64,000 nucleotides of DNA from Bifidobacteriaceae bacterium (GCA_031281585.1 JAITFE010000067.1:22499-86498), one strand, 5' to 3'. Shown: positions 46,858-58,654, counted from the first letter of the stretch. Translations and numbers: made by a program. The notes: generated from the sequence alone by a model not told the origin.

Positions 46858-49800
46858 AGGGCAAAGAAGGGCGCCGCACTCACGGCGACGCATCGGAAAG
46901 GCGGCTGAGGACGAGTTTGAATTCCTCCTGGCCTCAATGAAGGGCACCGCTCAAGAGCAGCGCAATCAGACGGCACCGCCGAGTTTGGCGGCTACACGAT
47001 CAGGCCTCAATGAAGGGTGCCGCTGATGAGCGGCCCAATAAGGCGAGCTGGCCCCCGTCCACGGCGCGCACGCGGAGCCTCAAGGAAGGGCGCAATGTGA
47101 AGTCCGCCCGAATGACTCCGAAGCGTTCATGGCCTCAATGAAGGGAGCCGCTGATGAGCGGCGCAATCCCGCCGGCGGACGCTGCCCAGGCCGGCGCTGG
47201 AATGCCTCAATGAAGGGCGCCGCTGAAGAGCGGCGCAATTTGGCCTTGCTGGAGAAAGTCGGTTTGCCAGACCATGCCTCAATGAAGGGCGCCGCTGAAG
47301 AGCGGCGCAATCCTTCTCACCATGACGGCTCCGGCGTCGTGAACTCACCTCAATGAAGGGCGCCGCTGAAGAGCGGCGCAATGCCACAAACCGAAATTCG
47401 TTCGTTTGTTCGAACAGCCTCTTTGAGGGGTGCCGCTGAAGAGCGGCGCAATACCGTCAATCCCCCCGACACGCCGTTGGTCCACCGCGCCTCAATGAAG
47501 GGCGCCGCTGCAGAGCGGCGCAATCAGGTCAACCCGACGGTTCAGAGGCCGCTCTACGTGCCTCAATGAAGGGCGCCGCTGAAGAGCGGCGCAATTTCGC
47601 GCCGTCAAAGAAGGGATCGGCAATGGTCGCGCCTCAATGAAGGGCGCCGCTGCAGAGCGGCGCAATGACGCGTTCGCCGGATCCGCCCGAAGGTTGCTCG
47701 GGCCTCAATGAAGGGCGCCGCTGAAGAGCGGCGCAATTTCCCTTCAGTCTGCCACAAGGATCTCTTCTCATGCAGCCTCAATGAAGGGCGCCGCTGAAGA
47801 GCGGCGCAATTTGGTGTCCCGAATGTCACGGAACCGATCTGCATGCGCCTCAATGAAGGGCACCGCTGAAGAGCGGCGCAATCTGGGCGTTCCGGAGGGT
47901 CAACGACGAGTCAAGCAGCCTCAATGAAGGGCGCCGCTGAAGAGCGGCGCAATCCGTCCACGGGCACCGTCAGGGAGCCGTCGGACTCGTTGCCTCAATG
48001 AAGGGCGCCGCTGAAGAGCGGCGCAATCGGGCGCTGGACGGCGGATCGGATAAAGGAGATGCGCCTCAATGAAGGGCGCCGCTGAAGAGCGGCGCAATCT
48101 CTTCCTCCCACACCACGTTGGCGAGCGCCTGCTCTTCGCCTCAATGAAGGGCGCCGCTGAAGAGCGGCGCAATAGCACCTGCGCCAGGCCCACGGCATGA
48201 CCGTCGAAGAGCCTCAATGAAGGGCGCCGCTGAAGAGCGGCGCAATGGGGCTGCTGGAATTGTCTGGTGGTGGACTAGCGGCCTCAATGAAGGGCGCCGC
48301 TGAAGAGCGGCGCAATTGCCGCTTCCCCCGGCGATGGCGGAAATCCTGCGGAGGCCTCAACGAAGGGAGCCGCTGAAGAGCGGCGCAATACGAATCCGGA
48401 CGCGTTGGACGATTGGGAGTGTTAGCCTCAATGAAGGGCGCCGCTGAAGAGCGGCGCAATCAATTTGAAGGCGATGTGTCAGGGCTGCCACCTGTTGCCT
48501 CAATGAAGGGCGCCGCTGAAGAGCGGCGCAATCCGGGTGAAGTGGTCGCCCAACCCATGCGGGTCCTGGCCTCAATGAAGGGCGCCGCTGAAGAGCGGCG
48601 CAATGGCGTGGCGGGGAGGCAACACCCTCACGGCCCTCAGGCCTCAATGAAGGGCGCCGCTGAAGAGCGGCGCAATAATGCTCGATGAGTTGTTCCCCGA
48701 TGAACTGCGTGCCTCAATGAAGGGCGCCGCTGAAGAGCGGCGCAATCGCTCCGACATCGACGGAGCCCTGGACGTCCGCGAGCCTCAATGAAGGGCGCCG
48801 CTGAAGAGCGGCGCAATGCGTCAGCGTCTCGCGGAGTCCGGGCGGAAGCCTGACGCCTCAATGAAGGGCGCCGCTGAAGAGCGGCGCAATCCGAGACGCG
48901 AACCGCAGAACCCGCTCCGTCAGAATGCCTCAATGAAGGGCGCCGCTGAAGAGCGGCGCAATACCTCTTCCTGCGCCAGCCGCAGGTCGGCGTTCGCGCC
49001 TCAATGAAGGGCGCCGCTGAAGAGCGGCGCAATGCCCGCAACGCCCGGTAGAACGCCTCCGTCGTGGTGCCTCAATGAAGGGCGCCGCTGAAGAGCGGCG
49101 CAATGCGGGTTTGGGGTTGACGCAGCCCCAGGCACGGGTGCCTCAATGAAGGGCGCCGCTGAAGAGCGGCGCAATTTGGAAGCTTTGGCATGGGTTCGTG
49201 CTAAGGAGATTGGCCTCAATGAAGGGCGCCGCTGAAGAGCGGCGCAATTTCCGGATGAAGGACGGGGCGTCGAAGGTGCGCCTGCCTCAATGAAGGGCGC
49301 CGCTGAAGAGCGGCGCAATTTGGGGGGCGCGGCTGGGGGCCGTTTCATGCGGTCGGGCCTCAATGAAGGGCGCCGCTGAAGAGCGGCGCAATAGGTCGCC
49401 GCGTCGGCGGTCGCGGCGGCGGTCGAGCCTCAATGAAGGGCGCCGCTGAAGAGCGGCGCAATCTCAGCACCGTTGACCACAGAACACTGAACTGCGAGCC
49501 TCAATGAAGGGCGCCGCTGAAGAGCGGCGCAATCCGGCCGACACGTACCGTGCGGCCGGGCTCCAAGCCTCAATGAAGGGCGCCGCTGAAGAGCGGCGCA
49601 ATTCGAGAAGAACTCGCCTATCGCCCCCCAGTTCTGGAGCCTCAATGAAGGGCGCCGCTGAAGAGCGGCGCAATGGCGACGTTCGGGAGTTACGCGGGCG
49701 CGGGGCTCACGCCTCAATGAAGGGCGCCGCTGAAGAGCGGCGCAATAACCTGCGGAGGCGCATTGAAACTGCCCTTTCCAGGCCTCAATGAAGGGCGCCG

Positions 49801-50955
49801 CTGAAGAGCGGCGCAATGTCCCAGCTCAGAGACGTGCTGGGACCGGTTTCCCGCCTCAATGAAGGGCGCCGCTGAAGAGCGGCGCAATGAGGCCGGAATC
49901 ACCGAGGTTCGTGCGCAGACCCGCCTCAATGAAGGGCGCCGCTGAAGAGCGGCGCCATCCACTCAAGTTTGACCGGCGCCGAGATGAGGCCCGGCCTCAA
50001 TGAAGGGCGCCGCTGAAGAGCGGCGCAATCCGTGGCGGTCCGGGCTTGCTGGAGCCGCTCCAGGTGCCTCAATGAAGGGCGCCGCTGAAGAGCGGCGCAA
50101 TACGATCACCGCCAGGCGGTTCGGAAAACACTGGACGCCTCAATGAAGGGCGCCGCTGAAGAGCGGCGCAATAACTCGATCCCCTCTCGCGACGACTACG
50201 GGGTCCTGCCTCAATGAAGGGCGCCGCTGAAGAGCGGCGCAATCTTGCCCTCGACCAGGGCCTCCGCCAGTTCGTTGTCGCCTCAATGAAGGGCGCCGCT
50301 GAAGAGCGGCGCAATCCCGACTGACGGGGCACGACGATAACAATTTCTCTGCCTCAATGAAGGGCGCCGCTGAAGAGCGGCGCAATATCGCCACCCGCGC
50401 CCCACAGGCGGGAGATTTGGGGCCTCAATGAAGGGCGCCGCTGAAGAGCGGCGCAATTCGAGCGGGTGAGGCCCGGCGGCGTGACGGGGGGAGCCTCAAT
50501 GAAGGGCGCCGCTGAAGAGCGGCGCAATGGCGCTGGGTTCATCCATGGTGACGACTGTATCATCGCCTCAATGAAGGGCGCCGCTGAAGAGCGGCGCAAT
50601 CCGCGACCAGCGCTTTTAACCGGACCGAAGCCCGAGCCTCAATGAAGGGCGCCGCTGAAGAGCGGCGCAATACGGCACCTTTGATCCCCTCACCCTAGTG
50701 AGTTGCCTCAATGAAGGGCGCCGCTGAAGAGCGGCGCAATCAATCCCCACCATCAGAACATTTATTCCTTGCCCTTGCCTCAATGAAGGGCGCCGCTGAA
50801 GAGCGGCGCAATGTGTTCCCGCCACGGGTGTCCCGCCGGGATGAGCGCGCCTCAATGAAGGGCGCCGCTGAAGAGCGGCGCAATTCTAGGGAGGTGTGGC
50901 CGACGTTTTCCCAGTCCGCGCCTCAATGAAGGGCGCCGCTGAAGAGCGGCGCAAT
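46858..50955 (-). CRISPR. CRISPR array, about 57 repeats of 36 nt (plus one more decayed unit), spacers 33-39 nt
   Basis: Plus-strand repeat is gcctcaatgaagggcgccgctgaagagcggcgcaat. Transcribed (minus) sense is ATTGCGCCGCTCTTCAGCGGCGCCCTTCATTGAGGC, with stem GCGCCGCT/AGCGGCGC. I located every unit from 46931 to 50920 at 69-75-bp spacing. Decay is seen at 47417, 47077, 46931 and 46858, and an 18-nt spacer remnant lies at 47114-47131. Confidence 0.97.
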
Positions 50956-51147
50956 AGTGCCTAGATTACACCGGTTCGGACCTGCGGAGGTGCGCTGGCG
51001 CGCGAGCGCTGTCGGAGAATCGGTGGCGAGGATGGGGCCTGGATGGCCGGTGGGCCTGATCTAGGGCTGTGGCCAGGGCAGATGTCCCGCGAGCGCCCGA
51101 GCACGGAGGCCGTGTCATCGGAGCGCTCGCGGGGTGCCAGCGGCCTG
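50956..51147 (-). promoter_or_regulatory. CRISPR leader
   Basis: 192-bp non-coding gap between cas2 and the first, perfectly conserved repeat. Repeat decay increases away from it. Confidence 0.7.
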
Positions 51148-51450
51148 CTAGAGGATGATCGCCTCATTGGGTGTGACTGGCCGGTCCCGGCCGATGAAAG
51201 AGAACTTGGATTCTTCCAGTGACGAGACTGGCCCCAGATCGCAGAGAAGCACAGAATCCTCTTCGAGATTGATTTCCGCTCCGACGGCAACCTTGAGCCT
51301 GACAAGAGCCGCTGGCTTGGCGTCAACGACAAACACCGAATACTGAACGCGGTCGCCGTAGGTCTGAAGGCACTTGGCGACCCGTGTGCGTCGTTTGTCC
51401 TCCGGAATGTCATAGGCGATCAGATACCTTCTGGCGGTGTCGGGTATCAT
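51148..51450 (-). CDS. cas2: CRISPR-associated endoribonuclease Cas2
   Basis: 100 aa (RYLIAYDIPEDKRRTRVAKCLQTYGDRVQYSVF). It has a 4-nt overlap with cas4/cas1. Confidence 0.92.
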   Translation of the reverse strand: MIPDTARRYLIAYDIPEDKRRTRVAKCLQTYGDRVQYSVFVVDAKPAALVRLKVAVGAEINLEEDSVLLCDLGPVSSLEESKFSFIGRDRPVTPNEAIIL

Positions 51451-53048
51451 CGGGTTCGGACCCCGATGTAGCGGTCCTGCGTACCGTCAAGGACGCCAAG
51501 GACGAGTCGAGCTTGAATCTCGATTGCCCGTCTCCAACTGCAGCTGTAATCGAAGGTTGGGTGCACAAACTCGGTACTCACACGACGCTCGTACGCTGCG
51601 ATCAGAGCCTTGCGTCCCTTGTCGGTCAGATTGACGGCCGCGAGGTTCACCTGGAAATCGCCGCTGCGAAGCTCGCCGTTGTTGAGCGCCCTGACCACTG
51701 CGGAGTCCGCTACGGGTGCCCGGAATTCCTCGGCGAGGTCCAAAGCCAACGCGGGCTTGTTGCGGTTGCTGCTGTGCAGGAACCCGGCGTGCGGATCCAG
51801 CCCGCAACTTCGAACCGCGCGGATGCAGTCTCCCAGTAGAAGCGCGTAGGCGTAATTGAGAGCGGCATTCACTGGGTCGTGAGCGGGGCGGCGCGACCTG
51901 GTTGAGAACTCGAAGTCGGGCGCGCGGAGCATTGTGCCAAACGAGCCAAAGTAGAGGCCGGCGGCGGCACCTTCCACGCCAAGAAGTTCGTTGACTGACG
52001 GGGCGTCGGCGGCCTGGCTGGCGAACGATCTCAACCTGGCCACGGCTTCCGGTGCGTTGCCATTCCTCCTCAAGAAGGTCGCTTGGTTGGACACCTTCGA
52101 CGCCACGAACTCCTGCGCAAGGTCCAGCCGACCGGAGTGTGCGCTGGCGTACTGCAACGCTCGGGCCGATCCATTGGGCCCGGATGCCGAGGCGGCGTCT
52201 CCGACCACGCGCCCGGTGCTGGTGCACCACACGATGGATAGGCCGCGCCACAGAAGCTCCCGAATCAGACCTCCCGTGAGGTCAACGTTGCCATGTACTG
52301 CCACGCCTTGAACCCTTTCAAGGGGTATTGAAGCGGCTTCCTCTCCGTGCGTTGCCACGATCATTCGGCCGCTTCGGACGAACGCGCGGCTTCCGGGAGT
52401 GGCGAGGTGCACAATCTGCGTGTCTGGGTCGGCGACCACAATTCGGCGCTTGATAGACGCGAGTTTTCGCTCATCCGGCAAGCAGACGCTGGCATGCGAA
52501 CAGCGTGTGCATTTCGGATCATCCTCAAGTGGCTGTGGTGCTGTATCGCTCTCAACACAGGTCCGGGTGGCCTCTACTGCCGCGCGAGCGCGCTCGAAGT
52601 CGATATCCGAAAGCTCGACCTCAACCCGGCGTTTGTGTTCGGTGAAATACACGTACTGCGCGTGGACCCGCTCGCCCATGTCTATCAGAGCGGCGACCTG
52701 AAGAGCGAGTTGGGTGCGCATAGGTTGGGTGACGTCCGTGCGGCGGCGCACAGGCGTGGCCTTGTATTCGACCACCTCCAGTGACCCGTCCGGATTGACC
52801 TCGATCGTGTCGCATCTGCCCGTGTATGACCATCCCAGGTGGGCAACGTCAACGGCTCGCTTGATGTCGCGGCGACCAGTGCTCGGATCATCGGTGGCCG
52901 CATGGGAGGCGACTCCAACAGCCATCTGCCGGGTGTCTGTGCGCTCGCCAGCGGCCTCCAGCCAGGCGCGACGTGGGCAGAACTCGTGATGGGCGACCAA
53001 GCTGATCGTAACGGCATCGCCCCGCTCGGTTGCTTGGTGGTCGCTCAT
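51447..53048 (-). CDS. cas1: Cas4-Cas1 fusion protein
   Basis: The N-terminal part is a Cas4 RecB-type nuclease with Cys cluster (HHEFCPRRAW ... CTRCSHASVC). The C-terminal part is Cas1 (GLDPHAGFLHS). Confidence 0.92.
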   Translation of the reverse strand: MSDHQATERGDAVTISLVAHHEFCPRRAWLEAAGERTDTRQMAVGVASHAATDDPSTGRRDIKRAVDVAHLGWSYTGRCDTIEVNPDGSLEVVEYKATPVRRRTDVTQPMRTQLALQVAALIDMGERVHAQYVYFTEHKRRVEVELSDIDFERARAAVEATRTCVESDTAPQPLEDDPKCTRCSHASVCLPDERKLASIKRRIVVADPDTQIVHLATPGSRAFVRSGRMIVATHGEEAASIPLERVQGVAVHGNVDLTGGLIRELLWRGLSIVWCTSTGRVVGDAASASGPNGSARALQYASAHSGRLDLAQEFVASKVSNQATFLRRNGNAPEAVARLRSFASQAADAPSVNELLGVEGAAAGLYFGSFGTMLRAPDFEFSTRSRRPAHDPVNAALNYAYALLLGDCIRAVRSCGLDPHAGFLHSSNRNKPALALDLAEEFRAPVADSAVVRALNNGELRSGDFQVNLAAVNLTDKGRKALIAAYERRVSTEFVHPTFDYSCSWRRAIEIQARLVLGVLDGTQDRYIGVRTR

Positions 53049-54121
53049 CGGAGTTCCCCCGGTTCAATGATTTGCCCGAGCTCGGCCCACTTTTCGGGAG
53101 CATTCGGATTGTTGCTCCGGTGCACGGGGAACCTGACCACGGCTGGCGCTCCCCTGGCCTCGAGCCAGTCCCATGCGGCAAGACAGTCGCTTGACGATGG
53201 CCGCAGCGCCTTGGGAACGCTTTGATCGGGAAGGCCAAAGGCGCATACGCGGACCAGTTGCGGTGACCGCAAAACAGTCCGCAGCCGGCCCAGCGTCCAT
53301 GGCCGGGTCATCACCGGCAGGCAAAAGTAGCCGTCAAGATGACTGCCGAAGTGCGCCGTTGTGAGCGACGCACCAGACGCCTGGTGGGTCACGGACATTT
53401 GAGAAATCCCCCACAACGCGCACCAAGCGCGTGTGTTGTCAGTCTTCTCCGGCGCCTTCAGCCCGGTGGGTGTCCGTGAGTCGGCCGACTCCTTGCCGAC
53501 AATATCCAAGGTGAGCTGACCGCTCAAGCCCCCGGCCACCTCGGTCTCTGTCATGCCCGCGACAGCTGCGGCGAGGAGCCGTAGCCGATTGGCCATGAAG
53601 TCTTCGCCCCTGTTCCGGGTCTTCATTTCCCATCGACTGGCCCCGTAGTCCGGCCGGGACTGCCGCTCCCTGCTAAACGACCAGTAAGAAGGCTCGCCCA
53701 GGCTCCCAATCATGTCGAAGTCGAGTTCATCGAGTTCGGCCGTTCCGTCAAGAACCGAATACTTCCGTTCTCGCCAGGCCCGCGCGCCTTCTTGGTTGAG
53801 CGCCATCACCCTGGGGCTGAATAGTCCCGCGGAAGCGCTTTTCGGCTTTTTCCCGGGATTCGCCTGCCAGTCCGCTGGTATCTCGCAACAGATCTGCACC
53901 CAAGAGTCCGGCAATGAGTGGCGCTGGGCGTGCTCAAGCACTGCGTTCCCAAGTTCGTCCAAGGAGAGGCCCAACACGCGGACGCGCGACTCCAGGTCCG
54001 GCGTCCAGGCAAAGCCGACTTCCTTGCCCGTCACGGCCTGGCCTATCGCAGCAGCTCCGTAGGCCGCGAGATGGTCGAATGCGACCTTGATGTCGCCCTT
54101 CAATTCAATCGCGTCGCTCAT
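53045..54121 (-). CDS. type I-G large-subunit-position protein (Cas8g2/Csb3-like, assigned by context)
   Basis: About 358 aa from ATG 54121, which overlaps the cas3 stop as ATGA. It sits between cas3 and cas4/1 as in actinobacterial I-G/I-U operons. No motif personally recognised. Confidence 0.55.
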   Translation of the reverse strand: MSDAIELKGDIKVAFDHLAAYGAAAIGQAVTGKEVGFAWTPDLESRVRVLGLSLDELGNAVLEHAQRHSLPDSWVQICCEIPADWQANPGKKPKSASAGLFSPRVMALNQEGARAWRERKYSVLDGTAELDELDFDMIGSLGEPSYWSFSRERQSRPDYGASRWEMKTRNRGEDFMANRLRLLAAAVAGMTETEVAGGLSGQLTLDIVGKESADSRTPTGLKAPEKTDNTRAWCALWGISQMSVTHQASGASLTTAHFGSHLDGYFCLPVMTRPWTLGRLRTVLRSPQLVRVCAFGLPDQSVPKALRPSSSDCLAAWDWLEARGAPAVVRFPVHRSNNPNAPEKWAELGQIIEPGELR

Positions 54122-57078
54122 GATCCGCTCCTCGAAACGTTTGCGTCGGCCGCTCGAAGGAGGGCCTCGAGGTAGGCGCAGCCCCATGTCCCCCATTGCC
54201 GGTGTGTCCGCTCAAGTAGGGCGTCCCAGCCGCCGCGCTCGAAGAGAGCCTCTCGGCCCCGCAAACCCAATTCGGCGTCGGAGAGGTTTCTGCCAGTGTG
54301 TGGAAACTCGTGTCGGCCTCGGCCGTGGGAAGTGCCAATGAGCCGCAGTACTAGATCCGTCTGATCCAGAAGTGCGTCCTCAGCCAACTCCCACGCGATC
54401 GCTGCCGACAGTTGCTCGTGGCGCCATCCTCTGGGCAGGCCTGAGGCCGCCTTTGCCTGGCCGATGGCGCGTTGGCTTGTCATCCCGCTCTTGGCCAGCC
54501 AAAGGCCGGGATGATCCCCTTCGCGCCACCGCAAGAGACGCTGGAAACGGGGATCCCGTTTGCCTTCGTCGTGCACGAGTCCCGCGAACGACAGCGCAGT
54601 CACCAATTGGTCGGAAAGGCCCAATTCCCTTGTTAGCAAGCGCGCCAACCTTTCCACCGCCTGCTGGTGCTGGGCAAGCTGAACAGGATGACGGATCTCC
54701 CGTGGAGTGTTTGGCTGGGAGCCCTCGCCATTCAGCGCCTTGTCAGCGTTGGCCTTCTTGGCAGGGTGCCAAACCTGCAGAGACTCGTCATCGGCCAAAG
54801 CCTCAGAGCCCGCCAACACCACCCAAAAATCGTCGGGGATGCCCGACGGGCGTGTGTCGTACGCCGGGTATTCGGCCGGGACAACCTCGAGATCCTCAGA
54901 TTTCAGAAGGGCGGCCAGCAGGTTGAGGCGGTCGTTTCCACGGTCTGCCTCCGGCACGCTGGACAGCCAGCCGCTGACCAATTCCTGAACGCCGCCGCCC
55001 ACGTCCTCGCCGCCGGAGGCGGTCACCAAACGGTATACGTCGCTCAGCAAATCGACCGCGCCTGCGATCAGTCCGTCTTTGGCGCGGAGGGCCGGCGCTG
55101 ACGCGGCCAGGCGGACCCAGCGGCGTTTCGGGCGCCCGTCCGGGCCGCCCGGCAGTTCGCCCACATCTTCTCGCTCGTTGCCGTCTGCGGACTCCGTGGT
55201 GATGACGCCTTCTTGACGGCTGATGCTTTTCACGGAGTCCAACACCACCAAGTCCCCGGGCCGAAAAGCGAAGGTCGCCACGGCCTCCCTTCCCGACAGG
55301 GCCTCGATTCCCGAGGGTCTGACCACAAATGCCCTCCGGCGAGAGATTGACTCTTCGGGTGAGCTCGCGATCGTTCGCCACACCGGCAGGCTTACCGGGA
55401 AGACCTCGTGGTTCAGCGGCGGTGTGGCGGCGATCTGTTGGCGCGCTGACGTGTCGTCTTCTGGGAGGCCGGCTCGCACTAGGAGTCCCACCGCCAGGTC
55501 TGGGTCGAGGCTGTCTGAGAGCCAAAGGTCGAGCCAGGGCTCGGTCACGGGCCAGTCCCCAGTCCGCGCCCACTCCTTGACGTCCCAGCGTTCAGGTCTG
55601 TGAAGAACGCCGCGGGGCAATGACGCGGCGGGCGGTGACATTCCTCCCCCACGGGGATGGATTGACCACGGAGCGAGGCCGAGAGGCGACTCGGCGATCT
55701 CTTTCAGCCACTCATACGCCTCGCAGATCTCGGCACCCGCATACGGCCGGGTTGTCGACATGTCCGCAGCGGTCTCATCGGGCACGATCACGTAGACCGG
55801 ACCGGCGGGGCGGTCCCCTGAGCGGTTCACTCGTCCCGCCCGCTGGGCGATCGCCGACCCGGACGCAAGCTGCGTGACTAGGCATGACAGATTCAGGTCC
55901 ATCCCCACTTCTACCGTCTGCGTGGCGACGAGGACATCCACTGACGCATCTCCCGCCAGAGTGAAGAGGGGGCTGTGTTCGTTCCGGAGATTGTGAAGCT
56001 CGACTGGGCGCATCGGTCCGACCAACGTCACGACTTCCAAGGAGCGACCGAGCCCGGTTGCACTCTCGGATCGAGATCGCCCCGCCGGCGTTTGAAGTCT
56101 TCGGGAAACCGCCAAGGCAAGTTCGACCCGGTTTACCACACAGCCCACAGTGGACCCATGCTCTGCATGGGCCTGCCTGACCAGATCGGCTATCTGCCGA
56201 GCCATCATGTCGACGTCATGCCGCTTCGGAGACCACGCGCTGGTCGGAACGATGGTGACAGGCTTCGGCCGGGTAAGACGGTCAGCCAGCGTCGCGTCGG
56301 AGCCGCCTGCCTCCAGATCCTCAGCTTCCACGCCAATCTCCTGTCCGATGCCGTCCGCCTGAGTCGCCGTCATAGCGCAGACTCCCAGCGGAGGCACGCC
56401 GATTCCGGAAGACTCTTCGGTGACGAGCTGGCCGATCCGCCTGCCGGTGGTGACGAGTTGCCGGTTGAGGTGCGCCTCGTCCACCACCATCACGGTGTCG
56501 AACGCAAGGAGCCCGGCTTCGCGCGGCCAAGCAAAACGGGTGGAGCCATATCCCCGGAACAGGAGCCGGCTGCCGATCATGTCGGGAGTGCCCGCGATCA
56601 CCTGGCAGGCGGTCGGGGCGTCGAGCCATTCCCTGTCCGGCTTCGCGCCGCCTCGAAGCTTGGCCGTCACCAGCGGCATGTCAGTATGTTCTTCACCCTC
56701 AGCTCTCATTTGGCGCAGTGCGTTGGCCACAGATTGCACCAACGGGTCGGCTCGTGGATTGGCTAGCAAGAGGGCCAAACGGTCGGCTCGTTCGCTGTGG
56801 TCATCGACCAAAGCCCTTCTGTCGACTGTGATGGCCAGGCGTCTGGGGGGCCGGGCGGTGCCTTTGCCCAGTCCGGACCGGCATGCTGCCACCGCATTCA
56901 CGAACGCGTGAATCTCGATCACGGCGCTCTTGCCGGATCCCGTGGGCGCGTCAATTTGGTCTGGCCAGCGGCCCTCCCGCAAAATGTGCTCCACGAGGCG
57001 CATCTGCCAGGAGAAGGGCTGTAGACCGTGGTTCACTGCTCCGAAGAAGCGCGGAAAATCAGCAAGATGGACGCTCAT
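54118..57078 (-). CDS. cas3: type I-G Cas3 helicase with C-terminal HD nuclease
   Basis: Motif I DAPTGSGKS and motif II VVDEAH. An HD-like segment lies at the C-terminal end (LVHDEGKRDP...GTSHGRGRHEF), the arrangement typical of I-U/I-G. ATG 57078 overlaps the csb2 stop. Confidence 0.9.
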   Translation of the reverse strand: MSVHLADFPRFFGAVNHGLQPFSWQMRLVEHILREGRWPDQIDAPTGSGKSAVIEIHAFVNAVAACRSGLGKGTARPPRRLAITVDRRALVDDHSERADRLALLLANPRADPLVQSVANALRQMRAEGEEHTDMPLVTAKLRGGAKPDREWLDAPTACQVIAGTPDMIGSRLLFRGYGSTRFAWPREAGLLAFDTVMVVDEAHLNRQLVTTGRRIGQLVTEESSGIGVPPLGVCAMTATQADGIGQEIGVEAEDLEAGGSDATLADRLTRPKPVTIVPTSAWSPKRHDVDMMARQIADLVRQAHAEHGSTVGCVVNRVELALAVSRRLQTPAGRSRSESATGLGRSLEVVTLVGPMRPVELHNLRNEHSPLFTLAGDASVDVLVATQTVEVGMDLNLSCLVTQLASGSAIAQRAGRVNRSGDRPAGPVYVIVPDETAADMSTTRPYAGAEICEAYEWLKEIAESPLGLAPWSIHPRGGGMSPPAASLPRGVLHRPERWDVKEWARTGDWPVTEPWLDLWLSDSLDPDLAVGLLVRAGLPEDDTSARQQIAATPPLNHEVFPVSLPVWRTIASSPEESISRRRAFVVRPSGIEALSGREAVATFAFRPGDLVVLDSVKSISRQEGVITTESADGNEREDVGELPGGPDGRPKRRWVRLAASAPALRAKDGLIAGAVDLLSDVYRLVTASGGEDVGGGVQELVSGWLSSVPEADRGNDRLNLLAALLKSEDLEVVPAEYPAYDTRPSGIPDDFWVVLAGSEALADDESLQVWHPAKKANADKALNGEGSQPNTPREIRHPVQLAQHQQAVERLARLLTRELGLSDQLVTALSFAGLVHDEGKRDPRFQRLLRWREGDHPGLWLAKSGMTSQRAIGQAKAASGLPRGWRHEQLSAAIAWELAEDALLDQTDLVLRLIGTSHGRGRHEFPHTGRNLSDAELGLRGREALFERGGWDALLERTHRQWGTWGCAYLEALLRAADANVSRSGS

Positions 57079-58652
57079 GACCCCAACCTCCAACTCTCAG
57101 CGACATCCTCCGGCACGTCATTCGGAACCAGGAGGCCGCCACCTAGATGGCGGCTCTGCCCAATCGCGGCGAATGCCGTACCCGCGCCTTCGAGTTCTCC
57201 CAACTCGACGCTCGCCTGGTATGGCAGAGGCGCTAGACCCTCCGGAGTCTTGTGGACAAACCGCTCGACCTGGCTGACCGGAAGGGAGTGAACGCTCAAC
57301 ACGCGAACGCCTGCGGCGCGAGCGGCGGCCAACACGAGCCGGTAGCGCTCGCTCCCCCGCGCGGTGGACCAGTGGTCTTGGTCCAACTGATCCTTCCAGA
57401 CCAACCCAATTGACAGGGTCACCGCATCCGCAAGCGACCAGTTGTGGCCTTGGGCGCGCGTTTCCACAACGGCGGGTAGCACGGACCAGGTCCGGTACAG
57501 CCCGTCTTCCGGCGGCCGCCAGAAGGCGGCCGCGTCGACCAGCGCGGACCGGTCGGCATCCACAGAGAGCCTCACAGCGCGGCCGAGCGCGCGGATGGTC
57601 TCGGCCGCCATCAGCGCTTCTCCGATCACGGCAACGTCGGCGGGATCCGCGCTCCGGGGCACCGCCACCACAAACGCTTGGCGCGTTGGAATGGGTTCAG
57701 CGGTACAAGCCGAAGCGGACACGATCTGGATAGCCAGCCGATTCGAAGGCTTCGCCACGCCCTCGGCATATCTGCCGGTGAGTAACGAGGGAGCGTCTCC
57801 ATCGAAATGCGAAATCAGGGTCTTCCGAAACGCGACGCTGAAGGCCACGGCCTGTTCCCTGGTGATCCGTGCGCTGGCCTCAAAAGGAACCACCCAGCAC
57901 CATTCCCAGGGTCCTTCGGCTGGTTGCGCGTCAACACTCTGGAATCGTTCGATTCCCAAACTGGATGAGCAGACTGCGGGCGTGAGCTCCCTTTCATCCG
58001 TTTTCGAAGCGTCAGCGCTCACGGTGGGAACCTTGGCGCTGGCCTCTAGGTCATGGAGTTGCGAGAGTGCGGCGGTTCGGCCCCTTCTGGGGACCGCGAG
58101 GTCGAGCGAGCCCGGTCGCCGCGAACCGAGCCGAGCTCCGGGGTTCCGGCGGTGCGACAGGCGGGGCAATGCCGCGCGCTCCACTCTCAGCCGAACAGGC
58201 GAGTCCGCCTGGCCAAGATAGGGGACGTCAGGGCAGAGCGCCTCAAGGCTTTGGCGCACATCCGGCGGGGGGTCGGTCTCCCAAACCCAGCAGACGGAAC
58301 CTCCCAGCGCCACGCCCGCAAGATCTTGCTTGCCAATTTGCTTGATGCCGGTTCGTTTGGGCTTCAGCAAGCCGAGGTTCCGGTAGGCGGTGGCATCAGT
58401 CCGGCTCTGGGCACGGGTTGGCATCACCATGCCATCTGATGGGTTCTCTTCGATCCATTCCAATGCGGCGGTGTCGGCCGGGCACGGGCGAAGCGTTGAC
58501 TGGCCGGCCGTTTCGGCGCGGGTGCCGGAGCCAGCTGCGGCGAGCAGCGCGGCATGAAGCCGCGCCTGGGACGGAAACAAGTCGACCTCTCCCTGCCCTG
58601 TGTGCCCGCGATATGTGCCAAACGGAAAGGTTGCGACAATCGCGAAGGCCAT
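57075..58652 (-). CDS. csb2: type I-G Csb2 (Cas5/Cas6-fusion-type RAMP)
   Basis: 525 aa. The N-terminus (FPFGTYRGHTG...LFPSQARLHAALLAAA) matches my memory of the Csb2 family, and its position after csb1 fits. Confidence 0.7.
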   Translation of the reverse strand: MAFAIVATFPFGTYRGHTGQGEVDLFPSQARLHAALLAAAGSGTRAETAGQSTLRPCPADTAALEWIEENPSDGMVMPTRAQSRTDATAYRNLGLLKPKRTGIKQIGKQDLAGVALGGSVCWVWETDPPPDVRQSLEALCPDVPYLGQADSPVRLRVERAALPRLSHRRNPGARLGSRRPGSLDLAVPRRGRTAALSQLHDLEASAKVPTVSADASKTDERELTPAVCSSSLGIERFQSVDAQPAEGPWEWCWVVPFEASARITREQAVAFSVAFRKTLISHFDGDAPSLLTGRYAEGVAKPSNRLAIQIVSASACTAEPIPTRQAFVVAVPRSADPADVAVIGEALMAAETIRALGRAVRLSVDADRSALVDAAAFWRPPEDGLYRTWSVLPAVVETRAQGHNWSLADAVTLSIGLVWKDQLDQDHWSTARGSERYRLVLAAARAAGVRVLSVHSLPVSQVERFVHKTPEGLAPLPYQASVELGELEGAGTAFAAIGQSRHLGGGLLVPNDVPEDVAESWRLGS

Positions 58653-58654
58653 GA

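Noticed and set aside
46947-50929. Dozens of 60-135-aa ORFs on both strands across the array (recurring ...RRSSAAPFIEA... and ...MKGAAEERRN...).
   Set aside because: They are translations of the 36-nt CRISPR repeat read through successive spacers. Their periodicity equals the repeat period, so they are not genes.
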